Shown: positions 54,551 to 63,663 of the stretch, one piece after another
Layout of the letters: each line of letters starts with the position of its first letter
Numbering within the stretch: position 1 is the stretch's first letter
NCBI GenBank assembly: GCA_964360585.1
Contig: CAYHXC010000005.1
Location: forward strand, 7,947-71,946
Direction of reading: 5' to 3'
Source of the DNA: an uncultured Candidatus Saccharibacteria bacterium
Lineage (GTDB): Bacteria; Patescibacteriota; Minisyncoccia; UBA6257; 2-01-FULL-56-20
DNA length: 64,000 bases
Position numbers and translations under genes: made by a program
The notes under the pieces: generated by a model
What the model was told of the DNA's origin: nothing
Database searches by the model: none
What the model saw: only the letters and a program-made list of their open reading frames with translations

Positions 54551-54937
54551 TTACTCGGCGAGCTGGGCAAACTGGAGGCGGGTTCGGAGGTTACGATCGG
54601 GCAGGCACAGCACTTTGCTGATTCCGTCGTCACCGCCCCTTCTGAACACGAAGTACTGGGCGCAGTTCCGCAAGACGGTGATCCAAACTCTGACGCCCGC
54701 CGGAATTACCAGCAGAGGCAGAGCCTCGGAACATTTTGGGATCTGCGGTGGGTTCCGGAGTAGCTTGTGGGTTTCGGGATCAACGCACCCCACGAACCGG
54801 TTCGCAGTCGTTCCGTGCCACGTCTCGATGTCGTATACCCGTTGGGCAACCTGTTTGATTTGGGATTGTTGGTGGTAGCCGTTGGTTGCTACCGCTGTAA
54901 TCACCAGTATGCAGAAAACGAACAACGTCTTCTTCAT
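54551..54937 (-). CDS. Hypothetical secreted Cys-containing protein (GC-rich)
   Basis: Signal peptide MKKTLFVFCILVITAVATNG. Start set at the internal Met of the track ORF. Confidence 0.45.
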   Translation of the reverse strand: MKKTLFVFCILVITAVATNGYHQQSQIKQVAQRVYDIETWHGTTANRFVGCVDPETHKLLRNPPQIPKCSEALPLLVIPAGVRVWITVLRNCAQYFVFRRGGDDGISKVLCLPDRNLRTRLQFAQLAE

Positions 54938-55093
54938 GAATCCCTCCCAATGGCTTTCAGCTATTACTATATAAATCAAAATAATTGATTACGTCAAATC
55001 TCCGAAGAGTCCCTTACCTTCTAAAAATAAAAAAGCCCAAAGATCGTTGTCGATCCCAGGGCTGGTGGGGCATCTCTATTCATGAGAGCGGTG

Positions 55094-55555
55094 TTAGCAG
55101 TGCGGATCTGTGCAGCGTCGGATTTTCGGGTTTACGACATCGCTCGTATATTGGAACTTAGCGCCTGTACCTAACGGATGCCAAACAGTTATTCGGAACG
55201 AGCGGCTGTCGCCAAGAACGATCACTTGAATCCTAAGTCCTTCAGGAAAAGGTACATTGGGAAACGTTTTCGCGCACGTTCCGGCACGCTCCTCATCAGG
55301 AAGGTCTCTCAGTGTTTCGGGATCTTCACAGGGATAGTAGTGATCCAGGTCGCTCAGAGTCTCTTTCTCTTCAACAATGATCTTCTCGAGGTAGATTCTG
55401 GCCTGGGAGTCGAACGTACGCTGGCGATGGCGATATGTTATGAATCCAGTAATGGCAACAAGAATGATGAGGATGAGGCTGATTACAATCACCATCTCGA
55501 TCAAAGGGAAACCCTGCTTCTTATCCGATGTCTCCACTGACTTCTCCTTTAGCAC
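55094..55555 (-). CDS. Type IV pilin-like protein (prepilin-type N-terminal cleavage/methylation domain)
   Basis: KKQGFPLIEMVIVISLILIILVAITGF is the class III signal G/FxLIE motif. Confidence 0.7.
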   Translation of the reverse strand: MLKEKSVETSDKKQGFPLIEMVIVISLILIILVAITGFITYRHRQRTFDSQARIYLEKIIVEEKETLSDLDHYYPCEDPETLRDLPDEERAGTCAKTFPNVPFPEGLRIQVIVLGDSRSFRITVWHPLGTGAKFQYTSDVVNPKIRRCTDPHC

Positions 55556-55633
55556 ATCCCTTCTTCCGAAGAAGAGGAAGTGGTTGAATTACTACTAGGG
55601 AAATGATGATATATTTACTATAGACAGTCAAGT

Positions 55634-56449
55634 ATGCAGAAGACAGATACATTCAAAAAAATAGTTTGGGATTACTATAAAAAACACGGGCGGAAGATGC
55701 CGTGGCGAGAAACAAGCGACCCCTATATGATTTTTGTTTCCGAGGTGATGTTGCAACAGACCCAGGTTGATCGCGTGAAACCGAAGTACGAAGCATTTAT
55801 ATTTTTTTTTCCCAATTTCAGGAAGTTGGCAGGGGCGCCGCTTCCAAAACTCTATGGTGCTTGGCAAGGCTTAGGATACAATCGTCGCGCGCTTGGCCTG
55901 AAGAAAAGTGCTCAAAAGGTCACGGCGGAATACGGAGGGAAACTTCCTCAAACGCTCGAGGAGTTAGAGGCACTGCCTGGCATTGGTCCGGCGACAGCCG
56001 CTTCGATTACCGCCTTTGCTTTTAATCAGCCCGTCGTTTTTATTGAAACAAATATTCGTCGGGTTTTTCTCCACCATTTTTTTGCCGACAAGAAAAATGT
56101 CGATGATGCAAAGATCAGAAAGCTTGTAGAAATAACGCTGGACAAGAAAAATCCACGCGAGTGGTACTGGGCTTTGATGGACTATGGGAGCTATCTGGCC
56201 AAAACTTTGCCGAAGAATCCAAATCAGCGAAGCCGTCACTATGCAAAACAGAGCGCATTTAAAGGGTCAAAACGCGAAGCTCGTGGCGCCATTATTCGAT
56301 TTTTACTTAAGGAAAAAACTGGCACCAGTACGAACATCATCAAAAATTTGAAGTTAGACACGGACATAGTTCGAGCCGCTCTTCATGACTTAGAAAAGGA
56401 AAATGTTGTCGAAAAAGTGCGAGGCCTCTACAAACTCAAGGAAATATAG
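55634..56449 (+). CDS. HhH-GPD superfamily DNA glycosylase (MutY/Nth-like)
   Basis: Helix-hairpin-helix LPGIGPATAA plus the catalytic Asp region. The Fe-S cluster cysteines are absent. Confidence 0.65.
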   Translation: MQKTDTFKKIVWDYYKKHGRKMPWRETSDPYMIFVSEVMLQQTQVDRVKPKYEAFIFFFPNFRKLAGAPLPKLYGAWQGLGYNRRALGLKKSAQKVTAEYGGKLPQTLEELEALPGIGPATAASITAFAFNQPVVFIETNIRRVFLHHFFADKKNVDDAKIRKLVEITLDKKNPREWYWALMDYGSYLAKTLPKNPNQRSRHYAKQSAFKGSKREARGAIIRFLLKEKTGTSTNIIKNLKLDTDIVRAALHDLEKENVVEKVRGLYKLKEI

Positions 56450-56475
56450 TAGAAAGAGATATAAAAGAGATATAC

Positions 56476-57246
56476 ATGAAAGAGACTTCCTGGGAGCGAT
56501 CGGCCGAATGGTACGATGAGCATCTGAAAAAAGATGACACCTATCAGCGGAAGGTAATCCTGCCCCAATTACTCCGGGCGATGGACATTAAAAAAGGCGA
56601 AATGATTCTCGACCTGGCTTGTGGCTCGGGATTTTTCTCGATGGAGTTTATGAAAGCCGGCGCACATCTCGTGGGCGTCGATGCCTCGAAAACGCTTATT
56701 GCTCTTGCCAAAAAAGCCGTTCCCCAAGGGCAGTTCTATGTTGGCTCTTCGGACAAGTTATCACTTATTCCGAATCAGTCGATTGATAAAGTTGTCGTTG
56801 TTCTAGCACTGCAGAACATCGAGAATGTCGCGTCAACGCTTAAGGAATGTGCCCGTGTTTTAAAACCAAGCGGACAAACGTACATCGTTTTAAACCATCC
56901 GGCCTTCCGGAATCCGCAGGAAAGCGACTGGGGTTGGGATGAGTCTAAGAAGGTACAGTATCGTCGAATTGATCGATACTTAAGCGAGTCGAAGGTGAAA
57001 ATTCAGATGCATCCAGGCGACGCTCCGAGTGAGTATACAATCTCTTTCCATCGACCACTCCAATTTTATTTTAAAGCCTTACGGACAAGTGGTTTTCTCA
57101 CACGTTCAGTCGAGGAGTGGGAGTCACATAAAAAGAGCCAGACCGGACCGCGCTCCATGGCAGAAAATCGGGCTCGAAAAGAAATTCCAGTTTTTCTTTT
57201 TCTAGAGGCCGTGAAACATCCACTGTCGATTTACTTTTTGAAGTAA
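56476..57246 (+). CDS. Class I SAM-dependent methyltransferase
   Basis: Motif I ILDLACGSGFFS with an acidic loop VGVDAS. Confidence 0.75.
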   Translation: MKETSWERSAEWYDEHLKKDDTYQRKVILPQLLRAMDIKKGEMILDLACGSGFFSMEFMKAGAHLVGVDASKTLIALAKKAVPQGQFYVGSSDKLSLIPNQSIDKVVVVLALQNIENVASTLKECARVLKPSGQTYIVLNHPAFRNPQESDWGWDESKKVQYRRIDRYLSESKVKIQMHPGDAPSEYTISFHRPLQFYFKALRTSGFLTRSVEEWESHKKSQTGPRSMAENRARKEIPVFLFLEAVKHPLSIYFLK

Positions 57247-58253
57247 TTAATACCAATAGCTTTATGGACTCGGTCTAAAGTTTCCCGAGCAACCTTACGG
57301 GCATTGGCCGTCCCGGCTTCTAAAATATCCATAACTTCCGATTTTCGTTTAGCATAACTTGCGCGGCGTTCGCGAATCGGATCGAAAAGGTCGTTCAAGA
57401 TTCCAACTAAGCGTTCTTTGATAACCACATCGCCAACACCACCTTTCTTATACTGTTTTTTCAGAGCTTCCAAGCCTTTTTTATCTGTATCAAAAATATC
57501 TAAGTACATAAAAACGACATTGCCTTCGAGATGGCCGGGGTCGCTTACGTGAATCCGGGTTGGATCGGTGTACATTTTCATTACTTTCTTTTTCACTGTG
57601 GCGGCGTCATCAGAAAGATTGATCGCGTTACCCAAAGACTTAGACATTTTTTCTTTGCCATCAACACCAGGAAGACGTGGCATTGAGGAAAGTTGTGCTT
57701 TAGGAACGACCAGGGTGTTTCCGTAAAGCGCATTAAACTTTTTCACGATATCGCGGGTGAGTTCGATAACTGGTAGTTGGTCTTCGCCAACCGGCACAAG
57801 ATCGGCGCCGAACGCAGTAATGTCCGCGGCCTGGCTCACCGGATAAACCAAGAATCCCATAGGCAGTTCTTTAGTAAAACCGCGCTGGCGGATCTCGTTT
57901 TTGATCGTCGGATTCTGCTGGAGTTGAGCGAGGGTGGTGAGGTTCAGCAAGTAAAGTGCCAGTTCGGCAATTTCTGGAATCTGGGACTGGAGAAAAAATG
58001 TGGTCTTCTTTGGATCAATACCGACCGCCAAGTAATCGAGCATCACTTCAAACACATTGGCGCTCACTTTTTCCGGTGTCTTGAAATTATCAGTCAGAGC
58101 CTGCATGTCGGCGATCATGACGAACTGTTCGTAGTCGTTTTGTAAGTTGACGCGATTCTGAAGCGAACCCACAAAATGGCCGAGATGGAGCGGTCCAGTC
58201 GGGCGATCGCCAGTTAAGATACGTTTCTTTTGCATATGGAACAATCCTAGCAC
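57231..58253 (-). CDS. trpS: Tryptophanyl-tRNA synthetase
   Basis: HIGH-like TGDRPTGPLHLGHFVG and KMSKS (KMSKSLGN). Confidence 0.9.
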   Translation of the reverse strand: MLGLFHMQKKRILTGDRPTGPLHLGHFVGSLQNRVNLQNDYEQFVMIADMQALTDNFKTPEKVSANVFEVMLDYLAVGIDPKKTTFFLQSQIPEIAELALYLLNLTTLAQLQQNPTIKNEIRQRGFTKELPMGFLVYPVSQAADITAFGADLVPVGEDQLPVIELTRDIVKKFNALYGNTLVVPKAQLSSMPRLPGVDGKEKMSKSLGNAINLSDDAATVKKKVMKMYTDPTRIHVSDPGHLEGNVVFMYLDIFDTDKKGLEALKKQYKKGGVGDVVIKERLVGILNDLFDPIRERRASYAKRKSEVMDILEAGTANARKVARETLDRVHKAIGINYFKK

Positions 58254-58811
58254 GATGAAGAAGCGGTCTCAACCAGATAGTATAAGTTCGATAATTTTCA
58301 TTTACGGATTGTGATACCTTGAAGATTGTTTTTGATTTTTGCCTGCATCGAACTTTCACTACCTGGTCAAGAAACTGATTTTGAATGAATCTCTACGGGC
58401 TTCCGCCCGCAGTTTTATGCGGGTAATAAAAAACTTCACACGAAGTGAAGTTGATCTAGGGAGAGATAAATCTGCGGATGACCACGAGTTCCCCATGCGC
58501 TTCCTTAAGAAGCTTGACTGATGTTAATTCGCCGGCAGGATTGCTGAGGAGAAAGTGTTGGATCGTTTCGATGCATTCCCATTCAGCCCGGTCGGATAGA
58601 GTGGCATCGAGACGAGCAGCAGAGACTATCCAATCGGTGCTATTTTTCTTTCCAACGAGGATTACGAGATATGACATCCTCTCTCCTTAGAGATACTAAG
58701 GGAGAGAGTAATCGGAAATGACCTTTGGGGCAAGATGAAATGCCAGAAGACAATCACTTGCCAGGCTTAACTTTTTGGGTACTATACAACTAGCTATTCT
58801 ATCAAGAGAAG

Positions 58812-59120
58812 GTGGGAAGGTGGTTTGTGGCACACCGTAATCGTTATAGTGAGTACACGCCAATCAGAATCGAGAGCATTCCAGAACGCCTTAGAATTTT
58901 TCTTGTTCGTCACGGAATGGATCTTTCCAAGATCCGAACCATCAGAGATCTCATGACACTGGATAACGGGCGGGTTGGTGTGCGCCGATGGCCGAACCAG
59001 GGTCGGGTTTTGAGAATCAACTGTCAGTACCTCAAGTTGGTAAGAAAGCCGACGAAGAAGTTGACTACACTGATTCAAAACAGTCTTCGGGTACGACAGC
59101 CCAAAAAGAAGATTACTTAG
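58812..59120 (+). CDS. Hypothetical basic protein
   Basis: 102-aa ORF; weak support. Confidence 0.3.
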   Translation: MGRWFVAHRNRYSEYTPIRIESIPERLRIFLVRHGMDLSKIRTIRDLMTLDNGRVGVRRWPNQGRVLRINCQYLKLVRKPTKKLTTLIQNSLRVRQPKKKIT

Positions 59121-59241
59121 GAGGACAAAGTCCTCCTTTTTTATTGCAACGCTGGACGGACGTTTTAAGATAAATTAGAATCTCGGATACATGCGCGGGT
59201 GGCCCTTCGGCGGCGCGCTCAGGACAACAGTTTATAGATAT

Positions 59242-59325
59242 GCGCGGGTGGCGAAACTGGCAGACGCACTACCTTGAGGTGGTAGCGCCCGCAAGGGCTT
59301 GCAGGTTCAACTCCTGTCCCGCGCA
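59242..59325 (+). tRNA. tRNA-Leu (anticodon GAG), long variable arm
   Basis: GTGGCGAAACTGGCAGACGC D-arm, anticodon arm CTACC-TTGAGGT-GGTAG, a long variable arm, T-arm and acceptor GCGCGGG/CCCGCGC. Confidence 0.8.
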
Positions 59326-59822
59326 CACATGAAAATTGTCACACCTTCTGGTGTAGCAATTTTTATATGCGGGACAGGAGTTGAACGAGAAGGTGGGGTC
59401 GGGAGGAGGTGTCGTCCTCCCGTTTCGGAATTTCTCAAAACCGACCGCGTGCCGCCTTAGCTTCAGCAGTGGCGCAGGGTTTTGAGAACGCAGACCGAAG
59501 GTCGAGTAGTGAAATTTCCTCTCCCGCGCACACTTGAAATAATTTCTAGAAAACGGTAATTTAAAGTTTAACGCACTCAACGGGGAGGTAGTTGTGGCTA
59601 GAAAGCGCAGGGCTCCGAAAAACCTGGCGAAGATTGCGGCCAAGGCACGGCATCATCTCGAGCAACGAGGCAGAGAACCGAATATCGGCTGGCGGCCCCC
59701 GCCCAAGCCCATCACAAAGCGAAGCGCTTCCGAAACTAGTTACTAGCTCTTTTCTCTGAATCCCTTTTCCGCCGTCTCCGGATGCGCGGATTTTTATTTC
59801 TCCTAATTTTAATTCTTGGGAC

Positions 59823-60038
59823 TTGCGGTTGGCTGTGTGTGGGGTAATAATTGGAAGAGTATGTTCCCTTGCTCCTATGGAGGAATCAATGAAAAAGTGG
59901 ATCTTCGACCATGCCTTGCTTCTCATGATCGTTTTCGCAGTCGTTCTTTTCGGGGGCATACTGATCACCCTGGATCACGTGAATCGCGACCGGGATCCCG
60001 AACAGATTATCAAGAGTTCCAACCGCCATCCACTATGA
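59823..60038 (+). CDS. Hypothetical small membrane protein
   Basis: One TM helix (LLLMIVFAVVLFGGILI). Confidence 0.3.
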   Translation: MRLAVCGVIIGRVCSLAPMEESMKKWIFDHALLLMIVFAVVLFGGILITLDHVNRDRDPEQIIKSSNRHPL

Positions 60039-60085
60039 GATGTGCGGTTTTTTAATCGAAAGATTCCCAAAAAGAAATGAAGCTC

Positions 60086-60112
60086 CACGGGCTGAAGCCC
60101 GTGGTTTCTTAG
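60086..60112 (+). terminator. Rho-independent terminator (CCACGGGCTGAAGCCCGTGG plus a U-run)
   Basis: GC hairpin followed by TTTCTT. Confidence 0.55.
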
Positions 60113-60129
60113 AGCTCAAGCTTCGCTTG

Positions 60130-60222
60130 TCCGCATGTCATTGCGCCTGCCCGCCTCTGGAGGGAGCAAGGCGAAGTAATCTAGATTGCCACGTCGCTAC
60201 GCTCCTCGCAATGACATGCGGA
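60130..60222. repeat. Nested-palindrome MITE-like repeat, copy E (extended TIR TCCGCATGTCATTGCG / CGCAATGACATGCGGA)
   Basis: Left TIR plus GGAGGGAG box, as in copy B. The right half GATTGCCACGTCGCTACGCTCCTCGCAATGAC is the reverse complement of copy C's left half. Confidence 0.7.
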
Positions 60223-60299
60223 TCTACTTCATTCCCGGGCTGAAAGCCTGGGGTTTTGCGGTGGAGAATAAAAAATCTCCGTCGGTTTCCCGATGGAGA

Positions 60300-60887
60300 T
60301 TATGACCTTTCCTCCTCAATCAGTTCCCGCATCTTTCTGCGAAAGCGGGCAATGATGGATCCCACGCTTCCGACCGGCTCGCCGAGGAACTCGGCAATGT
60401 CCTTATACGGGGTAGTGAGTTTACAGGTTTTTGTCAGGCTGTCGAGCGTCAGGCGCTGTTTCCCTCGTTTCTCGATATTTCTCTCGCAAAGCGCGATCTG
60501 ATCTTGCAGTGTTTGTGCGAAGCAAGAACTCAGGGAAACGCGTGACAAGTCTTCCGTAAGCCGGACGATCCTGCGTTGATAGTCCGCGATGTGCTGATCC
60601 ACGACCGCAACAGCATGCTCGAGTTCGCGCAGTTTTGACTTGCGCGCGGCTACGGCCTCCGCGAGCTCACAAAGACCATCCGCAATTTTCTGCGGATCCC
60701 GCTTTGTATACTTTCGGAGAAAGACCAACTCCTCGGGACTTAACGGTAGAGCATCGGGATGGAGGAGTTTCATGACGACCCGGGCCGAGCCGGGAAAAAT
60801 CAATTCTCCAACCTTCCGTAAGTCAAAAACTTCCTTTGTCTTGGCCTCAAGCGGATGTATTCTCTCGCCCTCAATCACCTTCCTCAT
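60300..60887 (-). CDS. Sigma-70 region-4-like HTH protein (possible sigma factor or regulator)
   Basis: C-terminal LTTPYKDIAEFLGEPVGSVGSIIARFRRKMRE resembles a region 4 HTH. Start set at the internal Met (MRKVIEGERIH). Confidence 0.45.
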   Translation of the reverse strand: MRKVIEGERIHPLEAKTKEVFDLRKVGELIFPGSARVVMKLLHPDALPLSPEELVFLRKYTKRDPQKIADGLCELAEAVAARKSKLRELEHAVAVVDQHIADYQRRIVRLTEDLSRVSLSSCFAQTLQDQIALCERNIEKRGKQRLTLDSLTKTCKLTTPYKDIAEFLGEPVGSVGSIIARFRRKMRELIEEERS

Positions 60888-60980
60888 GGGATTCCCTCCA
60901 GTGAATTTACTGTTAGAGAGACTAGCAGTTCCCCAGGATCCTTTCAAGATTCCGAATTTTTGAGTATAAAGATAGATGTT

Positions 60981-61526
60981 ATGACTCAACGCGATACAAA
61001 AACAAAAATAGGCAAAAGAAAAACAGTGTTCACCGGCGCTTTATACACAGTGAGTCAGGCGCGCATAGTTTTACTGAGCGGACGGACGGGGATATTAGAA
61101 ACAATTTCACGTCACCCGACTGTTGATATTGTGGCCATACATGACGATGACAAAATCCTTCTCAACTGCGAGTATCGGCCAAAATATAAAAAGCGAGTCT
61201 GGCGGTTGCCGGGCGGGACGGTGGAGAAAGGGGAGACCTGGCGGGCGGCGGCAGAAAGAGAACTTCAAGAAGAAACTGGATTTAAAGCAAAAAGACTGAC
61301 TCTTTTTCATACCGTACACATGGGACAGACGATCGACTGGCCGCGTCGCGCCTATCTTGGCGAAGGACTTATTCCTTCAAAACTGCCGAATGACGACGAA
61401 GAGGATATTCGGATTGAGTTCTTAACACTCAAAGAGGCGATGCGGCTTATTGAACGAGGGGAAATTCGTCATGACTTTACGGAGTACCTGATCTGGAAGT
61501 TATTTCTTAAAAAGAAGCTGAAATAG
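60981..61526 (+). CDS. NUDIX hydrolase (ADP-ribose pyrophosphatase-like)
   Basis: LPGGTVEKGETWRAAAERELQEETG NUDIX box. Start at the internal ATG 60981, which avoids overlap with the divergent gene. Confidence 0.75.
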   Translation: MTQRDTKTKIGKRKTVFTGALYTVSQARIVLLSGRTGILETISRHPTVDIVAIHDDDKILLNCEYRPKYKKRVWRLPGGTVEKGETWRAAAERELQEETGFKAKRLTLFHTVHMGQTIDWPRRAYLGEGLIPSKLPNDDEEDIRIEFLTLKEAMRLIERGEIRHDFTEYLIWKLFLKKKLK

Positions 61527-61987
61527 GTTGTTTCTTAGCGAAATAGAAGGGTAGAGGGGGCTTATTTTAGGACACATTTTAGGGCCCTTGACAAATTAGG
61601 CGGTTTCGACTAACGTATGCCTGTAAGTAGCTATTTGAGCCGCAACAGATTGACGTGCTATCTCGCAGGAGATGGCCCCAGCAGCCCCATAAAATTAGGC
61701 AGTACCGGGGCAGAAAGGTGTATCATGCACGCCCGTCACGGTCCGACGGACCAGTTTTCCAATGTCATTTTTTGCGACAACACCGGCCAGGACGCGATCA
61801 GCTGCCGCGGCGGCGCCGACCAATACAACACGTAGGTCGCCGGCATCCGTGACGCAGGACTCAGTGCTACGTCACAGCTGTTTTACTCTGAAAAATAAAG
61901 CTGCGACGTAAATCAAAAAAAGGTTGGGGGGCTTCGGCCCCCCATACCGACCCACACAAACCCATATACACTTTTGTATATGGGTCA

Positions 61988-62665
61988 TTGCTTTTTAAGG
62001 GGATTTTAAATTTGTATTTTTCTCATGCTACGATAAGTATCGTGCAGTATATTATCGGTATTGACGAAGTGGGGCGGGGTCCTTTGGCCGGGCCGGTTGT
62101 GGTCGCGGCAGTAGTTTTACCGCGTGGCTTTCGCTTGCCGAAGGAGATGGGTGCGCTCAAAGACTCGAAACAGCTTTCGAAACAACGTCGCGAAGTTTGG
62201 TGTGAGTATTTTATTACCTGTCCCGAGGTTTCGTTCAGTGTTTCGCGGGTGTATCCGAATCGGATTGATCGCTTGAATATCTCCGGTGCAGCCAATCAGG
62301 CGGCGCTCAGGGCTTATCAAAAACTATTGAGTCGAGAACATATTCATTCATCGCATCGCGTTATTTTAGATGGTGGGCTCTATCTTGGTACCAAGAAAAA
62401 AAGTTTCGAGTACGGCGCGAAAACAATCATTAAGGGTGACGAGAAACACCCGCCAATTATGATTGCTTCGATTATCGCGAAAGTGGTTCGGGATAGATAC
62501 ATGACCAAACTAGCCAAAAAATATCCAGAATATGGCTTTGAAGAGCACAAAGGGTATGGCACACGCGAGCACCGAAAAGTCCTGAAAAAATACGGCCCAA
62601 CTGAAGCCCATCGGTTGACCTTTTTGAGTAAATATCCTACTATTTGGCTTATTAAGGAATCATAA
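61988..62665 (+). CDS. rnhB: Ribonuclease HII
   Basis: IIGIDEVGRGPLAGPVVVAAVVL. The true start is probably the in-frame GTG near 62043. Confidence 0.8.
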   Translation: MLFKGILNLYFSHATISIVQYIIGIDEVGRGPLAGPVVVAAVVLPRGFRLPKEMGALKDSKQLSKQRREVWCEYFITCPEVSFSVSRVYPNRIDRLNISGAANQAALRAYQKLLSREHIHSSHRVILDGGLYLGTKKKSFEYGAKTIIKGDEKHPPIMIASIIAKVVRDRYMTKLAKKYPEYGFEEHKGYGTREHRKVLKKYGPTEAHRLTFLSKYPTIWLIKES

Positions 62666-62667
62666 CT

Positions 62668-62823
62668 ATGGGTGGCGTACCAATAAAACATCATACCAAA
62701 GGCAAAGTAGGCCGACGGCGTTCGCATATGGCCCTGAAGAAGCAGCGGATCCTCCAGTGCGCAAACTGCGGCGGTCCGAAGCTGGCTCATCGTGTTTGTC
62801 CGCAGTGCGGAAATGATCGCTAG
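62668..62823 (+). CDS. rpmF: 50S ribosomal protein L32
   Basis: MGGVPIKHHTKGKVGRRRSHMALKKQRILQCANCGGPKLAHRVCPQCG. At 51 aa it is below the track cutoff. Confidence 0.8.
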   Translation: MGGVPIKHHTKGKVGRRRSHMALKKQRILQCANCGGPKLAHRVCPQCGNDR

Positions 62824-62857
62824 GAGCATGGTGGATGGAGCGAAGGGTTGAAAAATT

Positions 62858-63214
62858 ATGTTTCGCTTTGAATCTCTTGATATTTGGAAGCTAGCGACTC
62901 AGTACGCAAAAAGTTGCTACACTATTGCGGGCACTTTTCCTAATCACGAAAAATTCTCATTAGCTGATCAGCTACGCCGGGCGGCTATTTCAATTTCAAA
63001 TAACATAGCCGAGGGATCGGTAGACTCACCAGCAGTTTTTAAGAAGTATCTATCGATTGCCATCGGTTCAACTCTGGAAACGGTCAATATCTTGAATTTT
63101 AGCTGTGAAATAGGTTACATTTCATTAGAGGAGAAACAAGAAATGTATCGGAAAGCGGAAGAGTTAATACCTAAAATAAGAGCTTTTTCACGGATGTTAC
63201 ACGCTAAGCCCTAA
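62858..63214 (+). CDS. Four-helix-bundle protein (23S rRNA intervening-sequence protein family)
   Basis: [18 protein letters not shown]...[20 protein letters not shown]...[11 protein letters not shown] matches that family's consensus. Confidence 0.7.
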   Translation: MFRFESLDIWKLATQYAKSCYTIAGTFPNHEKFSLADQLRRAAISISNNIAEGSVDSPAVFKKYLSIAIGSTLETVNILNFSCEIGYISLEEKQEMYRKAEELIPKIRAFSRMLHAKP

Positions 63215-63237
63215 GCACCCTGCTCCTTGCTACTACT

Positions 63238-63663
63238 ATGGCCACTCGACACCTTCTCCGCGCAGTTATTCTCCAGACGCTCTATGAGTGGGATTTTTAC
63301 CAGGGGAAGAAGGATATTACCGACATTCTTGATCGCAACATGAAGGAGTTCGCGCCAGATGTGGACGAACCCGAGTTTGCCTGGAAGATTTTGCACGGCG
63401 TGGCCGGACATTTGCGCGAGATCGATACGAAGATCGAAGAGGTGGCGCCGGAGTGGCCGCTCGCGCGCATTGCCCTGATTGACCGGAATATTTTGCGTCT
63501 CGGGCTCTATGAGCTCATGTATGCCAATCCGGAAGAGGTGCCGCCCAAGGTGGCTATTAATGAAGCTATTGAACTCGCGAAAAACTATGGCGGACCGAAC
63601 GCCGGACGATTCATAAACGGCGTCCTCGGAACCGTTTTCAAGAAAACGCAGGAAACGACATGA
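63238..63663 (+). CDS. nusB: Transcription antitermination factor NusB
   Basis: [17 protein letters not shown]...[17 protein letters not shown]...[14 protein letters not shown]. Confidence 0.85.
   Translation: MATRHLLRAVILQTLYEWDFYQGKKDITDILDRNMKEFAPDVDEPEFAWKILHGVAGHLREIDTKIEEVAPEWPLARIALIDRNILRLGLYELMYANPEEVPPKVAINEAIELAKNYGGPNAGRFINGVLGTVFKKTQETT

Noticed and set aside
59269-59643. 124-aa minus-strand ORF overlapping tRNA-Leu(GAG) and its repeats
   Set aside because: It overlaps a confident tRNA and repeat structure and has no protein-like features.
61617-61852. Two overlapping 65-72-aa plus-strand ORFs in the GC-rich gap before rnhB
   Set aside because: They overlap in two frames, are Arg/Gly/Pro-rich because of the GC content, and have no motifs, so the region is treated as non-coding.
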